Positions 18,554-28,581 of a DNA stretch of 64,000 nt are shown in pieces; the first letter of the stretch is position 1, and every line of letters begins with the position of its first letter. The stretch comes from an uncultured Planctomycetia bacterium. GTDB taxonomy: Bacteria; Omnitrophota; Gorgyraeia; VGKH01; JBHPFN01. The stretch covers positions 38,641-102,640 of the forward strand of contig CAYOSQ010000003.1 in NCBI GenBank assembly GCA_964406665.1, in the 5' to 3' direction. A program made the position numbers and the translations under genes. The notes beneath the pieces are model-generated. The model worked only from the letters and a program-made list of their open reading frames with translations. It was not told where the DNA came from and did not search any database.

Positions 18554-19198
18554 ATGTCTAGAAGAATGGGTATTTTAAGAGGAATTTTGGTTTTATTTTT
18601 GGTTTTTAGTTTAACTGGCTGTACTGTAGTTTTGCAAAAAGGAAGACGTACAGATATTGATAGAATAGATGAACTCAGCTGGGAACTTGATCAGCTAAGC
18701 CAAACTAAAAAATTGCTTGAGGAGCGTCTTAAGCAGGAAATCGCAGATAAAGAAGTACGTCTGGAGATGGCTGAAAGAGGTTTAGTCATTACTTTTGTAG
18801 CCGAGATACTCTTTGATTCAGGAAAAGCTAAGCTGCGCAAAGAGGCATTTTCTGTATTGAGTAAGGTAGCTCGTGTTATAAATGAAAATGTGCCAGATAT
18901 GGATATAGGTATTGAAGGTCATACTGATAATATTCCGATTAGATTTTCTGGATGGAAATCTAACTGGGAGCTTTCCAGTGCCCGCGCGATGAGTGTATTG
19001 CATTATTTAGTCGATGAAAGCAGCGTAGCTCCTACTCGAGTTACTGCAATCGGAGCTGGAGAATATAGGCCGATGGCTTCCAACGATACCAAAGAAGGAC
19101 GTCAGTTTAACCGTAGAGTGGAAGTTATCATTTTGCCAAAAACAACTAAGGTGAAGTCCGGCGAATCGGTTGAAGGTGAATTAGAGAATCTAAAATAA
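18554..19198 (+). CDS. OmpA/MotB-family peptidoglycan-binding lipoprotein
   Basis: Lipobox LTGC; coiled coil; LFDSGKA, IEGHTDN, SNWELSSARA, NRRVEV. Confidence 0.88.
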   Translation: MSRRMGILRGILVLFLVFSLTGCTVVLQKGRRTDIDRIDELSWELDQLSQTKKLLEERLKQEIADKEVRLEMAERGLVITFVAEILFDSGKAKLRKEAFSVLSKVARVINENVPDMDIGIEGHTDNIPIRFSGWKSNWELSSARAMSVLHYLVDESSVAPTRVTAIGAGEYRPMASNDTKEGRQFNRRVEVIILPKTTKVKSGESVEGELENLK

Positions 19199-19227
19199 TT
19201 TTTCTTGAAAGGAGCATTTGAGCCATT

Positions 19228-19587
19228 ATGGATGAACAGATAAAAGACAGATTATTAATTGCGTTAATAATTTTAAGCATAATTTGTTTAATACTTGCTA
19301 TTAATTCTGGCTTAGCTGCTCAGAAAAATAAGGCTATGGCTCAAAAAGAATTAGCGCTTCGTTTGGATACCGAAGAAAAGTTTGAAGATGTAAAGTCTCG
19401 CTTTAATTTCTTAGAGAAAAAAGTTGTTGAAGCTCGCACTGCTTATGAAAAAGAAAAGAAAGCTCATTCTGAAAATAAGGATGAATTAGCAACGCTTAAG
19501 GAAGATTATGAGAAGTTGAATATTCTTAAACTTAAGATTGAAGAAGATTTAAAAGAAGCCCTTTTTATCAAGTCTCAGGAACAATAG
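19228..19587 (+). CDS. Membrane-anchored coiled-coil hypothetical protein
   Basis: Single N-terminal TM helix followed by E/K/L-rich heptads. Confidence 0.7.
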   Translation: MDEQIKDRLLIALIILSIICLILAINSGLAAQKNKAMAQKELALRLDTEEKFEDVKSRFNFLEKKVVEARTAYEKEKKAHSENKDELATLKEDYEKLNILKLKIEEDLKEALFIKSQEQ

Positions 19588-19681
19588 ATATTGCCTAATA
19601 AAATAAACTTATGCATAGAAAAATTAAAATTATGAGATTTATCGTGCGTTAGAAAAAGGCGTTCTTTGTTGTTTATGATTT

Positions 19682-19705
19682 AAGGGGATGATAGTCCCCT
19701 TTTTT
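19682..19705 (+). terminator. Intrinsic terminator-like hairpin
   Basis: AAGGGGA / TCCCCTT stem followed by a T run; lies just before RBS GAGGAGG at 19711. Confidence 0.65.
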
Positions 19706-19722
19706 AATACGAGGAGGAAAAG

Positions 19723-20721
19723 ATGTCTGGGCTGTTAGAGAAGCTAAAGAAGTTTAGTAGTCTGGTGGTAACTTTTGCGAGAAAGCTTTTTGCATCTTTG
19801 CTAAAGTTTTTTTCTGGAATAAGAATAAAGAAAGACACAGAATCTGTTATTCCTGTTTCAGAAAATCAGGCTCCAGTATCTCATGAATCAGTAATTCAGC
19901 AGACGAAGTTTTTTACTGGGCAATCTCTAGAAAAACATGGGTATATGCCAGATGAATTACCTTACAACTATGATGTGGATAAGATTGTTATTCAAGTCAG
20001 AGATCCGTGGTGGCTTCACTCATATTGGGAGTTAACTGGAGAAACTTTAGAAAAAATTATAAGAAAACTCGGCTCCAGTTATGATTCAGCGCGAACAGTA
20101 TTGCGAGTTTATGATGTAACCAATATTAAATTTAATGGGCGTAACGCAAACACCTTTTTTGATATAAACACTCAGCTTGATGCGCGTAATTGGTACGTTG
20201 AAGTTGCCCCGGGAAAGTCTTGGTGCATTGATTTGGGGTTAATTCTTACTGACGGAAGATTCATAACTCTTCTTCGTTCTAATATTGTTTCAACACCTTT
20301 AGGTGGTCCAAGCGACATAACCGATGAAGAGTGGATGATACCGGAAGATATGTTTGCCAGGCTTTATGGTTTAGGTGTTGGTTTCCAAGGAGGCTCTCAG
20401 GTTGGAAAACTCTGGAAAGAAAGAATTTTTAAAGATTTTCTTTCTTCTCCGGGAGCTTTTTCAGCATCAAGTCCGGTAAAACAAGCTGTAGAAAAAGGTT
20501 TTTGGTTAGTTGCAGATACAGAATTAATAGTATACGGAGCAACAGAGCCGGATGCAGAATTAACAGTGCAGGGTAAAAGCATAAAGCTAAGACCGGATGG
20601 GTCGTTTACATTACGCTTTGCGTTACCAAACGGACAACAGGTAATTCCTATTGAGGCGGTATCTCGCGATAAGACTGAATCAAGAAAAATTACCCCCATA
20701 GTTTCAAAAGAAACTAAATAA
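19723..20721 (+). CDS. DUF4912-domain protein
   Basis: ELPYNY, VRDPWWLHSYWE, LRVYDVT, RSNIVSTP, FWLVADTELIVYGATEPDA..DGSFTLRF; typical neighbour of GH57 branching enzyme. Confidence 0.85.
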   Translation: MSGLLEKLKKFSSLVVTFARKLFASLLKFFSGIRIKKDTESVIPVSENQAPVSHESVIQQTKFFTGQSLEKHGYMPDELPYNYDVDKIVIQVRDPWWLHSYWELTGETLEKIIRKLGSSYDSARTVLRVYDVTNIKFNGRNANTFFDINTQLDARNWYVEVAPGKSWCIDLGLILTDGRFITLLRSNIVSTPLGGPSDITDEEWMIPEDMFARLYGLGVGFQGGSQVGKLWKERIFKDFLSSPGAFSASSPVKQAVEKGFWLVADTELIVYGATEPDAELTVQGKSIKLRPDGSFTLRFALPNGQQVIPIEAVSRDKTESRKITPIVSKETK

Positions 20722-20746
20722 ACTTTAACAGTAAGGAAATCTTATT

Positions 20747-22327
20747 ATGAGTCATAAGGGATATTTATGTATGGTTTTGCATAGTCATCTTCCTTTTGTT
20801 AGGCATCCTGAACATGAGAACTTTTTGGAAGAAGATTGGTTTTATGAAGGCATAAACGAAACATATATCCCACTTATAAAAGTTTTTGAAGGTCTTGTTA
20901 ATGAAAATATAGATTTTCGCTTAACCATTTCTTTAACGCCGACATTAATATCTATGTTTTGCGATTCGTTATTGCAGTCGCGTTACATCAAACATATAAA
21001 TCAATTAATTGAGCTAGCGGGCAGGGAAGTAGAGAGGACAAAATGGCAGCCTGAGTTTAACGGGTTAGCCAATATGTATCTTCAGCAGTTTATTGATGCA
21101 AGAGATCTATTTGAAAGGTACGGCAGAAATTTAACCTCGGCTTTTAAGAAGTTTCAGGATTTAGGAAAGATTGAGATAATTACTTGCGGTGCAACTCATG
21201 GATATTTTCCCTTGATGGATTCTTGTAAGCCTTCAGTACGGGCTCAGGTAAAAGTTGCAACTAAGCAATATGAGAATATGTTTGCCAGAAAACCTTTAGG
21301 TATTTGGCTGCCTGAGTGTGGATATAATCCTGGTGATGATGAGATTTTAAAAGATGCAGGACTGCAGTATTTTTTCACAGATGCGCACGGCGTGCTGCAT
21401 GGAACTCCTCGGCCAAAATACGGTGTATTTGCCCCTGTATATTGTAAAAGTGGAATAGCTTGCTTTGGGAGAGATTTGGAATCTTCCAAACAGGTTTGGT
21501 CAAGTATCGAGGGTTATCCCGGTGATTACTGGTATAGAGATTTTTACAGAGATATTGGGTTTGATTTAGATTATGATTATATTAAAGACTATATTCATCC
21601 AGACGGTGTTCGTATAAATACAGGAATTAAGTATCATAGAATTACCGGGAGAACTGATAACAAAGAGCCCTATAATCCTCAAGCAGCAAGAGAAAAGGCA
21701 TCAGAGCATGCAGGTAATTTTTTGTTTAACCGTCAAAAGCAGATTGAGCATCTTCATGGATTTTTAGACAAAGAACCAATAATTGTTTCTCCTTATGATG
21801 CTGAGCTTTATGGCCACTGGTGGTTTGAGGGTCCGATGTGGTTGGATTATCTTATTAGAAAAATACATTTTGACCAAGACACAATAAAAATGATAACTCC
21901 TTCGGAATATTTATTGGAGAATCCTAGAAATCAGGTAATTACTCCGTCAATGTCTAGCTGGGGATGGAAGGGATTCAGCGAGGTATGGCTTCAGGGAACC
22001 AATGATTGGATTTATAGACACTTGCATATTGCTTCCCAGAGAATGACAGAGCTAGTTAAGAAATATCCTAAGGTTAACGGAGTTATGGAAAGAGCGCTTA
22101 ATCAAGCATTAAGAGAGTTATTATTAGCTCAAAGCTCTGATTGGGCTTTTATTATGGCAACAGATACGCACGTATCCTATGCTCAGAAAAGGACAAAAGA
22201 TCATATGTTAAGGTTTAATAAGCTCTATGAAGATATTAAAAATAACAACATAGATGTTAACTGGTTAGCAGATATTGAAAGTAAAGATAATTTATTCCCG
22301 GATATAGATTATAAGGTGCATAAGTAG
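20747..22327 (+). CDS. GH57 1,4-alpha-glucan branching enzyme (DUF1957)
   Basis: HSHLPFV, ETYIP, THGYFP, GIWLPECGY, PYDAELYGHWWFEG, LLLAQSSDWAF. Confidence 0.93.
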   Translation: MSHKGYLCMVLHSHLPFVRHPEHENFLEEDWFYEGINETYIPLIKVFEGLVNENIDFRLTISLTPTLISMFCDSLLQSRYIKHINQLIELAGREVERTKWQPEFNGLANMYLQQFIDARDLFERYGRNLTSAFKKFQDLGKIEIITCGATHGYFPLMDSCKPSVRAQVKVATKQYENMFARKPLGIWLPECGYNPGDDEILKDAGLQYFFTDAHGVLHGTPRPKYGVFAPVYCKSGIACFGRDLESSKQVWSSIEGYPGDYWYRDFYRDIGFDLDYDYIKDYIHPDGVRINTGIKYHRITGRTDNKEPYNPQAAREKASEHAGNFLFNRQKQIEHLHGFLDKEPIIVSPYDAELYGHWWFEGPMWLDYLIRKIHFDQDTIKMITPSEYLLENPRNQVITPSMSSWGWKGFSEVWLQGTNDWIYRHLHIASQRMTELVKKYPKVNGVMERALNQALRELLLAQSSDWAFIMATDTHVSYAQKRTKDHMLRFNKLYEDIKNNNIDVNWLADIESKDNLFPDIDYKVHK

Positions 22328-22335
22328 ATAGATAT

Positions 22336-23046
22336 ATGAGCAAAACGAATAATATTCCTCAGCATATAGCCATAATCATGGATGGTAACGGTCGTTGGGC
22401 AAAAAAAAGAGGTTTGCCCCGTGTTGCTGGACATCGTGAAGGAGTTAATGCAATAAAGAAAATTATAAAAGCGGCAGAAGACCTTGGTGTTAAGGCTTTA
22501 ACATTTTATACTTTTTCAACAGAGAACTGGCTTAGGCCAAAGCAGGAAATTGGAATATTGATGAATCTTCTTAAAAGAATGCTCGCTAAAGAATTAGCTA
22601 CGATGCATAAAAGAAATATCCGCTTTATGACAATAGGTAGATCTCATCCTGTGCCTAAGGATGTAATGGAGGTATTAAAAAAAGCTCAAAATGCCACAAA
22701 AAATAATACAGGATTGATTGTCAATTTAGCTTTTAATTATGGTGGGCGAGCAGAGATTATAGATGCAGTTAAGGCTTTAATTAAGGATTTCTCAAGCGGG
22801 AAGATCAAATTGGATAAAGTCAACGAAAATACTTTTTCAAGTTTTCTTTATACGCATGATTTATCTGACCCAGATTTGTTAATTCGTACCTCGGGAGAGA
22901 TGCGTACAAGCAATTTTCTTCCTTGGCAGTTAGCTTACTCTGAGTTCTATTTTACAAAAAAACTTTGGCCGGATTTCAAAAAGAAGGATTTTGTTGAAGC
23001 AATAAAAGAATATCAAAAGCGTTCCAGACGCTTCGGAGCATTATAA
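22336..23046 (+). CDS. uppS: Undecaprenyl diphosphate synthase
   Basis: HIAIIMDGNGRWA, FSTENW, NYGGRAEI, IRTSGEMRTSNF. Confidence 0.97.
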   Translation: MSKTNNIPQHIAIIMDGNGRWAKKRGLPRVAGHREGVNAIKKIIKAAEDLGVKALTFYTFSTENWLRPKQEIGILMNLLKRMLAKELATMHKRNIRFMTIGRSHPVPKDVMEVLKKAQNATKNNTGLIVNLAFNYGGRAEIIDAVKALIKDFSSGKIKLDKVNENTFSSFLYTHDLSDPDLLIRTSGEMRTSNFLPWQLAYSEFYFTKKLWPDFKKKDFVEAIKEYQKRSRRFGAL

Positions 23047-23047
23047 T

Positions 23048-23854
23048 ATGACAATTAAAAGAATAGCAAGTTCATTTGCATTTTTTATCTTGATAATTCT
23101 TTCTATTTTAAACGAATGGATTTGTGGAATTGCGGTAACATTGCTTATTTTTGGTGGACTTGTAGAATTCTTTAACCTTGTTGAGAAAAAAGGCATTCCA
23201 ATATATAAGTATTTCGGAACAGCGGTGGGCATAATTATTCCTTTGTCAATTTTATTTAGATTTGAGCTTACAAAGAATTGGGAATTGCTGTTTATTGTAT
23301 TGGCTTTAGTATTTTTGTTTCTGTTGCAGTTTACGCGAAGAGATAATTCACAATCAATATTTGGAATTTCTACTACGCTTTTCGGCATACTTTATGTTTC
23401 TTGGTTTTTCAGTTTTATTATTAAAATTAGGTTTTTACCTTACGGGGGAAGTCTGTTAGCATTGATACTTTTAATTACAAAAACCGGAGATATCGGAGCA
23501 TATCTTATAGGTTCAAAGTGGGGTAAGCATACTTTAATATCTCGCATTAGTGCTGGTAAGTCGGTTGAGGGCGCTATCGGAGGATTGTTTTTTAGTATTT
23601 CAGCGGCATTAGCGTGTAAGTCTTTTTTGCCTGAGCATTCGGTATTTTCTTATTCTAATTTGATTTTAATGGGGTCGTCTTTAGGAGTACTAGGTCAACT
23701 AGGAGATTTATCTGAATCATTGATAAAAAGAGATTGTCAGGTTAAAGATTCTGGGAAAGTGTTTCCTGGCTTGGGAGGTGTTTTAGATACGATAGATAGC
23801 TTATTGTTTACTGCACCGGCTTTTTATTTTTATATGAGCACAGTATTTAAGTAA
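23048..23854 (+). CDS. cdsA: Phosphatidate cytidylyltransferase
   Basis: Polytopic; DIGAY..G, ISAGKSVEG, GDLSESLIKR..VKDSG..FPGLGGVLD. Confidence 0.95.
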   Translation: MTIKRIASSFAFFILIILSILNEWICGIAVTLLIFGGLVEFFNLVEKKGIPIYKYFGTAVGIIIPLSILFRFELTKNWELLFIVLALVFLFLLQFTRRDNSQSIFGISTTLFGILYVSWFFSFIIKIRFLPYGGSLLALILLITKTGDIGAYLIGSKWGKHTLISRISAGKSVEGAIGGLFFSISAALACKSFLPEHSVFSYSNLILMGSSLGVLGQLGDLSESLIKRDCQVKDSGKVFPGLGGVLDTIDSLLFTAPAFYFYMSTVFK

Positions 23855-23858
23855 TTTA

Positions 23859-25007
23859 ATGAATATGAAAAAAATAGTTATTTTAGGTTCAACAGGTTCA
23901 ATTGGTATGAGTACACTCAAAATTGTTGAGAAATTTTCTGGGCGTTTTGATGTTGTAGGATTAAGTGCATACGGAAACACCGATCTTTTTAATAAGCAGA
24001 TTAAAAAATTTAAGCCAAAGTTTGTCGCTATAAAAGAAGATAAAATAAAAAAGCTAAAATCAATTTCATCTAGACAGACAAAGATTTTTGATTCAAAGCA
24101 AGGGCTAGAAGCATTAGCTGCTTTAAAAGATGTTGATATAGTTGTAATTGCACTATCGGGAAGTTGTGCGTTAAGGCCTTTAATTGCGGCTATAAAATCA
24201 GGTAAGAGAATAGCATTAGCAAATAAAGAAGCCTTGATTATGGCAGGAGATATTATCTTTAAGATGATAAAGCGTTATAAAGCCCAAATAGTTCCTATAG
24301 ATAGTGAACAGAGTGCGATTTTTCAATGTCTTGAAGGTAGGAAAAAGAAAGACGTTAAACAGGTATATCTTACGGCTTCTGGTGGTCCACTAGACTTGGT
24401 GCCTAAGCATAAACTCAAGAATATTGGAATTAAAGAAGTGCTTCGACATCCTCGTTGGAAGATGGGTAAGAAAGTCACGGTTGACTCATCTACCTTGATG
24501 AATAAAGGTATTGAGTTAATTGAAGCAATGTGGCTGTTTGATATGCAACCAAAAGATATCAAGGTATTGGTCCATAGAGAAGCTATTGTACATTCTATGG
24601 TCGAATTTATTGATGGATCAATCATAGCTCAACTGGGTATCACAGATATGAAGATTCCTATTCAGTATGCATTGACTTATCCGGATAGATGGAATGGTCT
24701 TATGCAGGATTTGGATTTTAACAGATTGAATTTGACTTTTAAAATACCTGATTTAGAAAAGTTCCCATGTTTAAAATTAGCATACCGTGCAGCTAGTTTA
24801 AAAGGAACGGCACCTTGTGTTCTTAATGCGGCTAATGAAGTAGCGGTAGAAGCTTTTCTTGATAGCAGAATCAGCTATTTAGATATTTACAAAACAATAA
24901 GAAAGGTATTTATCAAACATGCTTTGGTTAAATCTCCCAGCATGAATGATATCATTAATGCTGATATCTGGGCTAGAGAAGAAGCAAGAAAGGCAATTGT
25001 AAATTAA
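23859..25007 (+). CDS. dxr: 1-deoxy-D-xylulose 5-phosphate reductoisomerase
   Basis: LGSTGSIG, LANKE, PIDSEQSAI, LTASGGP, HPRWKMG, NAANE. Confidence 0.97.
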   Translation: MNMKKIVILGSTGSIGMSTLKIVEKFSGRFDVVGLSAYGNTDLFNKQIKKFKPKFVAIKEDKIKKLKSISSRQTKIFDSKQGLEALAALKDVDIVVIALSGSCALRPLIAAIKSGKRIALANKEALIMAGDIIFKMIKRYKAQIVPIDSEQSAIFQCLEGRKKKDVKQVYLTASGGPLDLVPKHKLKNIGIKEVLRHPRWKMGKKVTVDSSTLMNKGIELIEAMWLFDMQPKDIKVLVHREAIVHSMVEFIDGSIIAQLGITDMKIPIQYALTYPDRWNGLMQDLDFNRLNLTFKIPDLEKFPCLKLAYRAASLKGTAPCVLNAANEVAVEAFLDSRISYLDIYKTIRKVFIKHALVKSPSMNDIINADIWAREEARKAIVN

Positions 25008-25008
25008 A

Positions 25009-26097
25009 ATGTATACAACCTCGATTTTTATAATCACCATTGGTTTTTTAATTCTTATTCATGAATTTGGCCATTTCATTGTTGCTAAAAAACTTGGGAT
25101 TAAAGTAGAGATGTTTTTCTTAGGTTTTGGCCCAAAATTATTTTCGTTTAAGAAAAATGATACGGAATATGGAATAAATCTTATTCCTTTCGGTGGATTT
25201 GTGAAGATGGCCGGAGATACCAGAGAAGAATTTCAGGGAAAAAAATTTGAGTTTCTTGCTCATCCACCTATACATCGTGCTGCTGTAATATTTTTTGGTC
25301 CACTTCTGAATTATTTCTTAGCGTTGGTTTGTTTCTGTGTGGTGTTTATGGTTGGCTATCCTGTTTTAACTACTACTGTAGGTGAACTCATGGATAATTT
25401 TCCGGCGAAAGAAGCGGGAATTCTCCCCGGAGATGAAATTATCAGTGTTGCCGGAGCAAAGGTTAGTAATTGGGATGAGCTTCAAGAAAATATTTTTGGC
25501 AATAAAGAAAGTACGTTAAATGTAACTGTTATTCGCGAAAGCGAAGAATTAGAATTTATTATTAGGCCTAAACAAGAAAAAGTAAAAAATATTTTCGGTC
25601 AAGATGAAACTGTGGGCTTAATCGGAATTCGTCCTGAGGAAAATTTTATTACTATAAAATATGGATTTTTGGAATCAGTTGTTCTAGGTTCTAAAAAGCT
25701 AGTAAAAATGACAGCCTTTACATATGAGGCATTATTTAAAATGATTACCGGAGTTATTCCAGTTAAAGAATCTGTAACAGGTCCTTTAGGAATTTTCTTT
25801 TTAACTAAACAAGCAATAGAGCTTGGTTTTAATTATTTGGTTCATGTTGCGGCAATTCTTAGTATGAGTTTAGCGATATTTAACTTATTGCCTTTGCCGA
25901 TTCTTGACGGAGGACACTTGTTGTTGCTTGGCATAGAAAAGATAAGAAAAAAACCTTTAAGCCCTAAAGCAGATGAATGGGTTATGCGCATCGGGCTTAG
26001 CTTTATAATTTTAATAGCCGTTTTTGTCTTCATCAATGATATTTCAAAATTTGAAGTAACAGATAAAATAATTAACTGGTGGCAAGGCTTAAAATAA
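25009..26097 (+). CDS. rseP: Site-2 intramembrane metalloprotease with PDZ domain
   Basis: IHEFGH, GFGP, PFGGFV, NLLPLPILDGG. Confidence 0.95.
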   Translation: MYTTSIFIITIGFLILIHEFGHFIVAKKLGIKVEMFFLGFGPKLFSFKKNDTEYGINLIPFGGFVKMAGDTREEFQGKKFEFLAHPPIHRAAVIFFGPLLNYFLALVCFCVVFMVGYPVLTTTVGELMDNFPAKEAGILPGDEIISVAGAKVSNWDELQENIFGNKESTLNVTVIRESEELEFIIRPKQEKVKNIFGQDETVGLIGIRPEENFITIKYGFLESVVLGSKKLVKMTAFTYEALFKMITGVIPVKESVTGPLGIFFLTKQAIELGFNYLVHVAAILSMSLAIFNLLPLPILDGGHLLLLGIEKIRKKPLSPKADEWVMRIGLSFIILIAVFVFINDISKFEVTDKIINWWQGLK

Positions 26098-26110
26098 AGG
26101 AGTCGCAGAT

Positions 26111-27502
26111 ATGTTAAAGATGAAATCCCTTAAGCATGAAACCTTGTGGAGAAAGTTTTTACTAGCATTTATATTGATGTCTTTGGTCCCTATTTTGATC
26201 ATTGCATATATTATTCATTATGTTTTAAGACCAGAGACAAATTTAGAATGGACTCAAGTTCAATGGCTGATCTTCTGGTTAGTAGCTTCGTGTTTTGTTG
26301 GCTTTTGGATAGTTAGGCACATAATAACTACATTTCTTTCTATAACAAAAAATGCGCAAGATGTTGCAAGCGGAGATTTATCTACTCGTATCACAGTTGA
26401 TGAGAAAAATGAAATCAGCGAACTCGCCAGGTCGTTTAATCGCATTACAAAGCAGCTTGAAGAAAATATCCAAGAATTAGAGCGTTCTAAAAAATTATTG
26501 CAGGGAGTTCTTAATAAGGTTGGTGATGCTGTGGCATCTTTTCAGAATATTGATAAGTTTCTAGAATTGATTGTTTTTACTACAATTGAAACTGTGGATG
26601 CACAAAGCGGAAAGTTAATGCTGATTGATGAAGAAACTAATGAATTAGTTACTAAGATTTCTGCTGGTAAAATTAGTAAATCTAGCGCGGATAATATAAA
26701 GGTTGGCGAGGGAATAATTGGCATGGTTGCAAAAGACGGGAAATCAATTATTGCTTCTATTGTTGAAGATGATATCAGAAAGCCTGTTGTTTGCGTACCT
26801 TTGATTTATAGCGGCAAAATAATAGGTGTCTTGTCTTTAAGCGAAAGAAATGAAAAAGGTGAATTTACAGAAGATGACTTGGTTATTTTAAACGATTTGT
26901 CCAGCCAGATTTCGATCGCCTTAGATAATTATCGCTTAAGTCAGGATGTTGAGAAAACTTATGTTGAGACTATGACCGCTTTAGCTTTAGCTGTAGATGC
27001 TAGAGATCCGTATACCAGAGGTCACTGTAAAAGAGTTGCTGATTATTGCGTTAAAGTTGCCAAGGGTTTTGGTTTAAGTGAAGAGGAAGTAAAGCTTATG
27101 CATGACGCTAGTATTTTACATGATATTGGTAAAATCGGTGTACCGGATGAAATCTTAAGAAAGAAAACTCCTTTGACTGCATCAGAGTTAAAAATAATCC
27201 AGGAACATCCTGTAATCGGAGAAAAGATCTTAAAGCCGATCAGAAGTTTGAGTAATGTCTGTGATTTTGTTATGCATCATCATGAGAGAATAAACGGAGA
27301 GGGATATCCGGAGAAGCTAACAGCAAAGGATATTTCTCTACCGCTTAACATAATGATTGTAGCCGATGCTTTTGATGCTATGACTTCTGATAGGCCATAT
27401 CGAAAGGCCATGAATTTTAAGGAAGCAAAAAAGGAATTACTTGTCAATGGTGGTATCACTTTTGATAAGGTGGTAGTAGAAAAATTTGTTGAATTGGTGT
27501 AA
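26111..27502 (+). CDS. Membrane HAMP-GAF-HD-GYP cyclic dinucleotide phosphodiesterase
   Basis: Two TM helices; HAMP (EISELARSFN); GAF (CVPL..FTEDD); RDPYTRGH, LHDIGK, HHHERINGEGYP, DAFDAMTSDRPYR. Confidence 0.9.
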   Translation: MLKMKSLKHETLWRKFLLAFILMSLVPILIIAYIIHYVLRPETNLEWTQVQWLIFWLVASCFVGFWIVRHIITTFLSITKNAQDVASGDLSTRITVDEKNEISELARSFNRITKQLEENIQELERSKKLLQGVLNKVGDAVASFQNIDKFLELIVFTTIETVDAQSGKLMLIDEETNELVTKISAGKISKSSADNIKVGEGIIGMVAKDGKSIIASIVEDDIRKPVVCVPLIYSGKIIGVLSLSERNEKGEFTEDDLVILNDLSSQISIALDNYRLSQDVEKTYVETMTALALAVDARDPYTRGHCKRVADYCVKVAKGFGLSEEEVKLMHDASILHDIGKIGVPDEILRKKTPLTASELKIIQEHPVIGEKILKPIRSLSNVCDFVMHHHERINGEGYPEKLTAKDISLPLNIMIVADAFDAMTSDRPYRKAMNFKEAKKELLVNGGITFDKVVVEKFVELV

Positions 27503-27504
27503 AT

Positions 27505-28575
27505 TTGAAAATAATTAGAAGAAAAACTAAAATCATTGATGTCGCTGGAGTAAAGATTGGCGGCAAAGCTCCCATAGCTATCCAATCAATGACTAAAACT
27601 CCAACAAGCGATGTAGCAAAGACTGTAAAGCAAATTAAAAGTCTAAAAGCTGCAGGGTGTCATATTGTGCGTGTAGCGGTTCCAGATATGGCTTCGGCTG
27701 AAGCGATAAAGAGCATCAAAAAAAAGGTAGATATTCCCTTAGTTGCGGATATACATTTTAATTATAAATTAGCTCTTAAGGCTATCGATTGCGGTATTGA
27801 TAAAATACGTCTTAATCCTGGTAATATTTATAAGAAGCAAGAAGTTGAAAAAGTAGTTAAGCTTGCTACGAAACACAAGATACCGATTAGAGTTGGTGTT
27901 AACTCAGGCTCTGTTAAGAAAGCTCGCAATTCTAGCATGGTTGATTGCATAGTTTCTTCTGCCCTGAAGTATATTAAGTTATTAGAAAGTTTTGGGTTTT
28001 ATGATATCGTTGTTTCTTTAAAAGCTTCTAGTATTCTGGAGACTATTGAGGCGTATAGAAAGATGTCAAAAAAATGCAACTATCCAATGCATTTAGGAGT
28101 TACGGCTACAGGAATGTATTCTTCTGCGATTGTTAAGTCGGTATTGGGCATTGGCAGTTTACTTGTAGATGGGATTGGCGACACAATAAGAGTATCATTA
28201 ACAGGTAAGCCTGAAGATGAAGTAGCACTCGCCCAAGAAATTTTACAAGCTTTGGGGTTGGGTAGCTTTGGCCCTGAGATAATTTCTTGTCCAACTTGTG
28301 GCCGGTGTAATGTTGATTTGGTTAACATAGTTAAGAATTTTACTCAATATGTTAAAAATAATCAGAATGGAACAAGGTTAAAATCTTCTCGTGTTGCCAT
28401 AATGGGTTGTTTTGTTAATGGCCCCGGAGAGGCAAAAGAAGCTGATGCGGGAGTTGCCTTTGGTAGAAATTCAGGTTTGGTATTTAGAAAAGGTAATCCT
28501 ATAAAAAAGATGTCACAAAAGCAGGCATTTAATTTTCTATTTAACGAATTAAGAACCAAGAAAAAACAAGGTTAG
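27505..28575 (+). CDS. ispG: HMBPP synthase (GcpE)
   Basis: QSMT, VADIHF, RLNPGNI, RVGVNSGS, GDTIRVSL, SCPTCGRC, MGCFVNGPGE. Confidence 0.97.
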   Translation: MKIIRRKTKIIDVAGVKIGGKAPIAIQSMTKTPTSDVAKTVKQIKSLKAAGCHIVRVAVPDMASAEAIKSIKKKVDIPLVADIHFNYKLALKAIDCGIDKIRLNPGNIYKKQEVEKVVKLATKHKIPIRVGVNSGSVKKARNSSMVDCIVSSALKYIKLLESFGFYDIVVSLKASSILETIEAYRKMSKKCNYPMHLGVTATGMYSSAIVKSVLGIGSLLVDGIGDTIRVSLTGKPEDEVALAQEILQALGLGSFGPEIISCPTCGRCNVDLVNIVKNFTQYVKNNQNGTRLKSSRVAIMGCFVNGPGEAKEADAGVAFGRNSGLVFRKGNPIKKMSQKQAFNFLFNELRTKKKQG

Positions 28576-28581
28576 GTTAAT

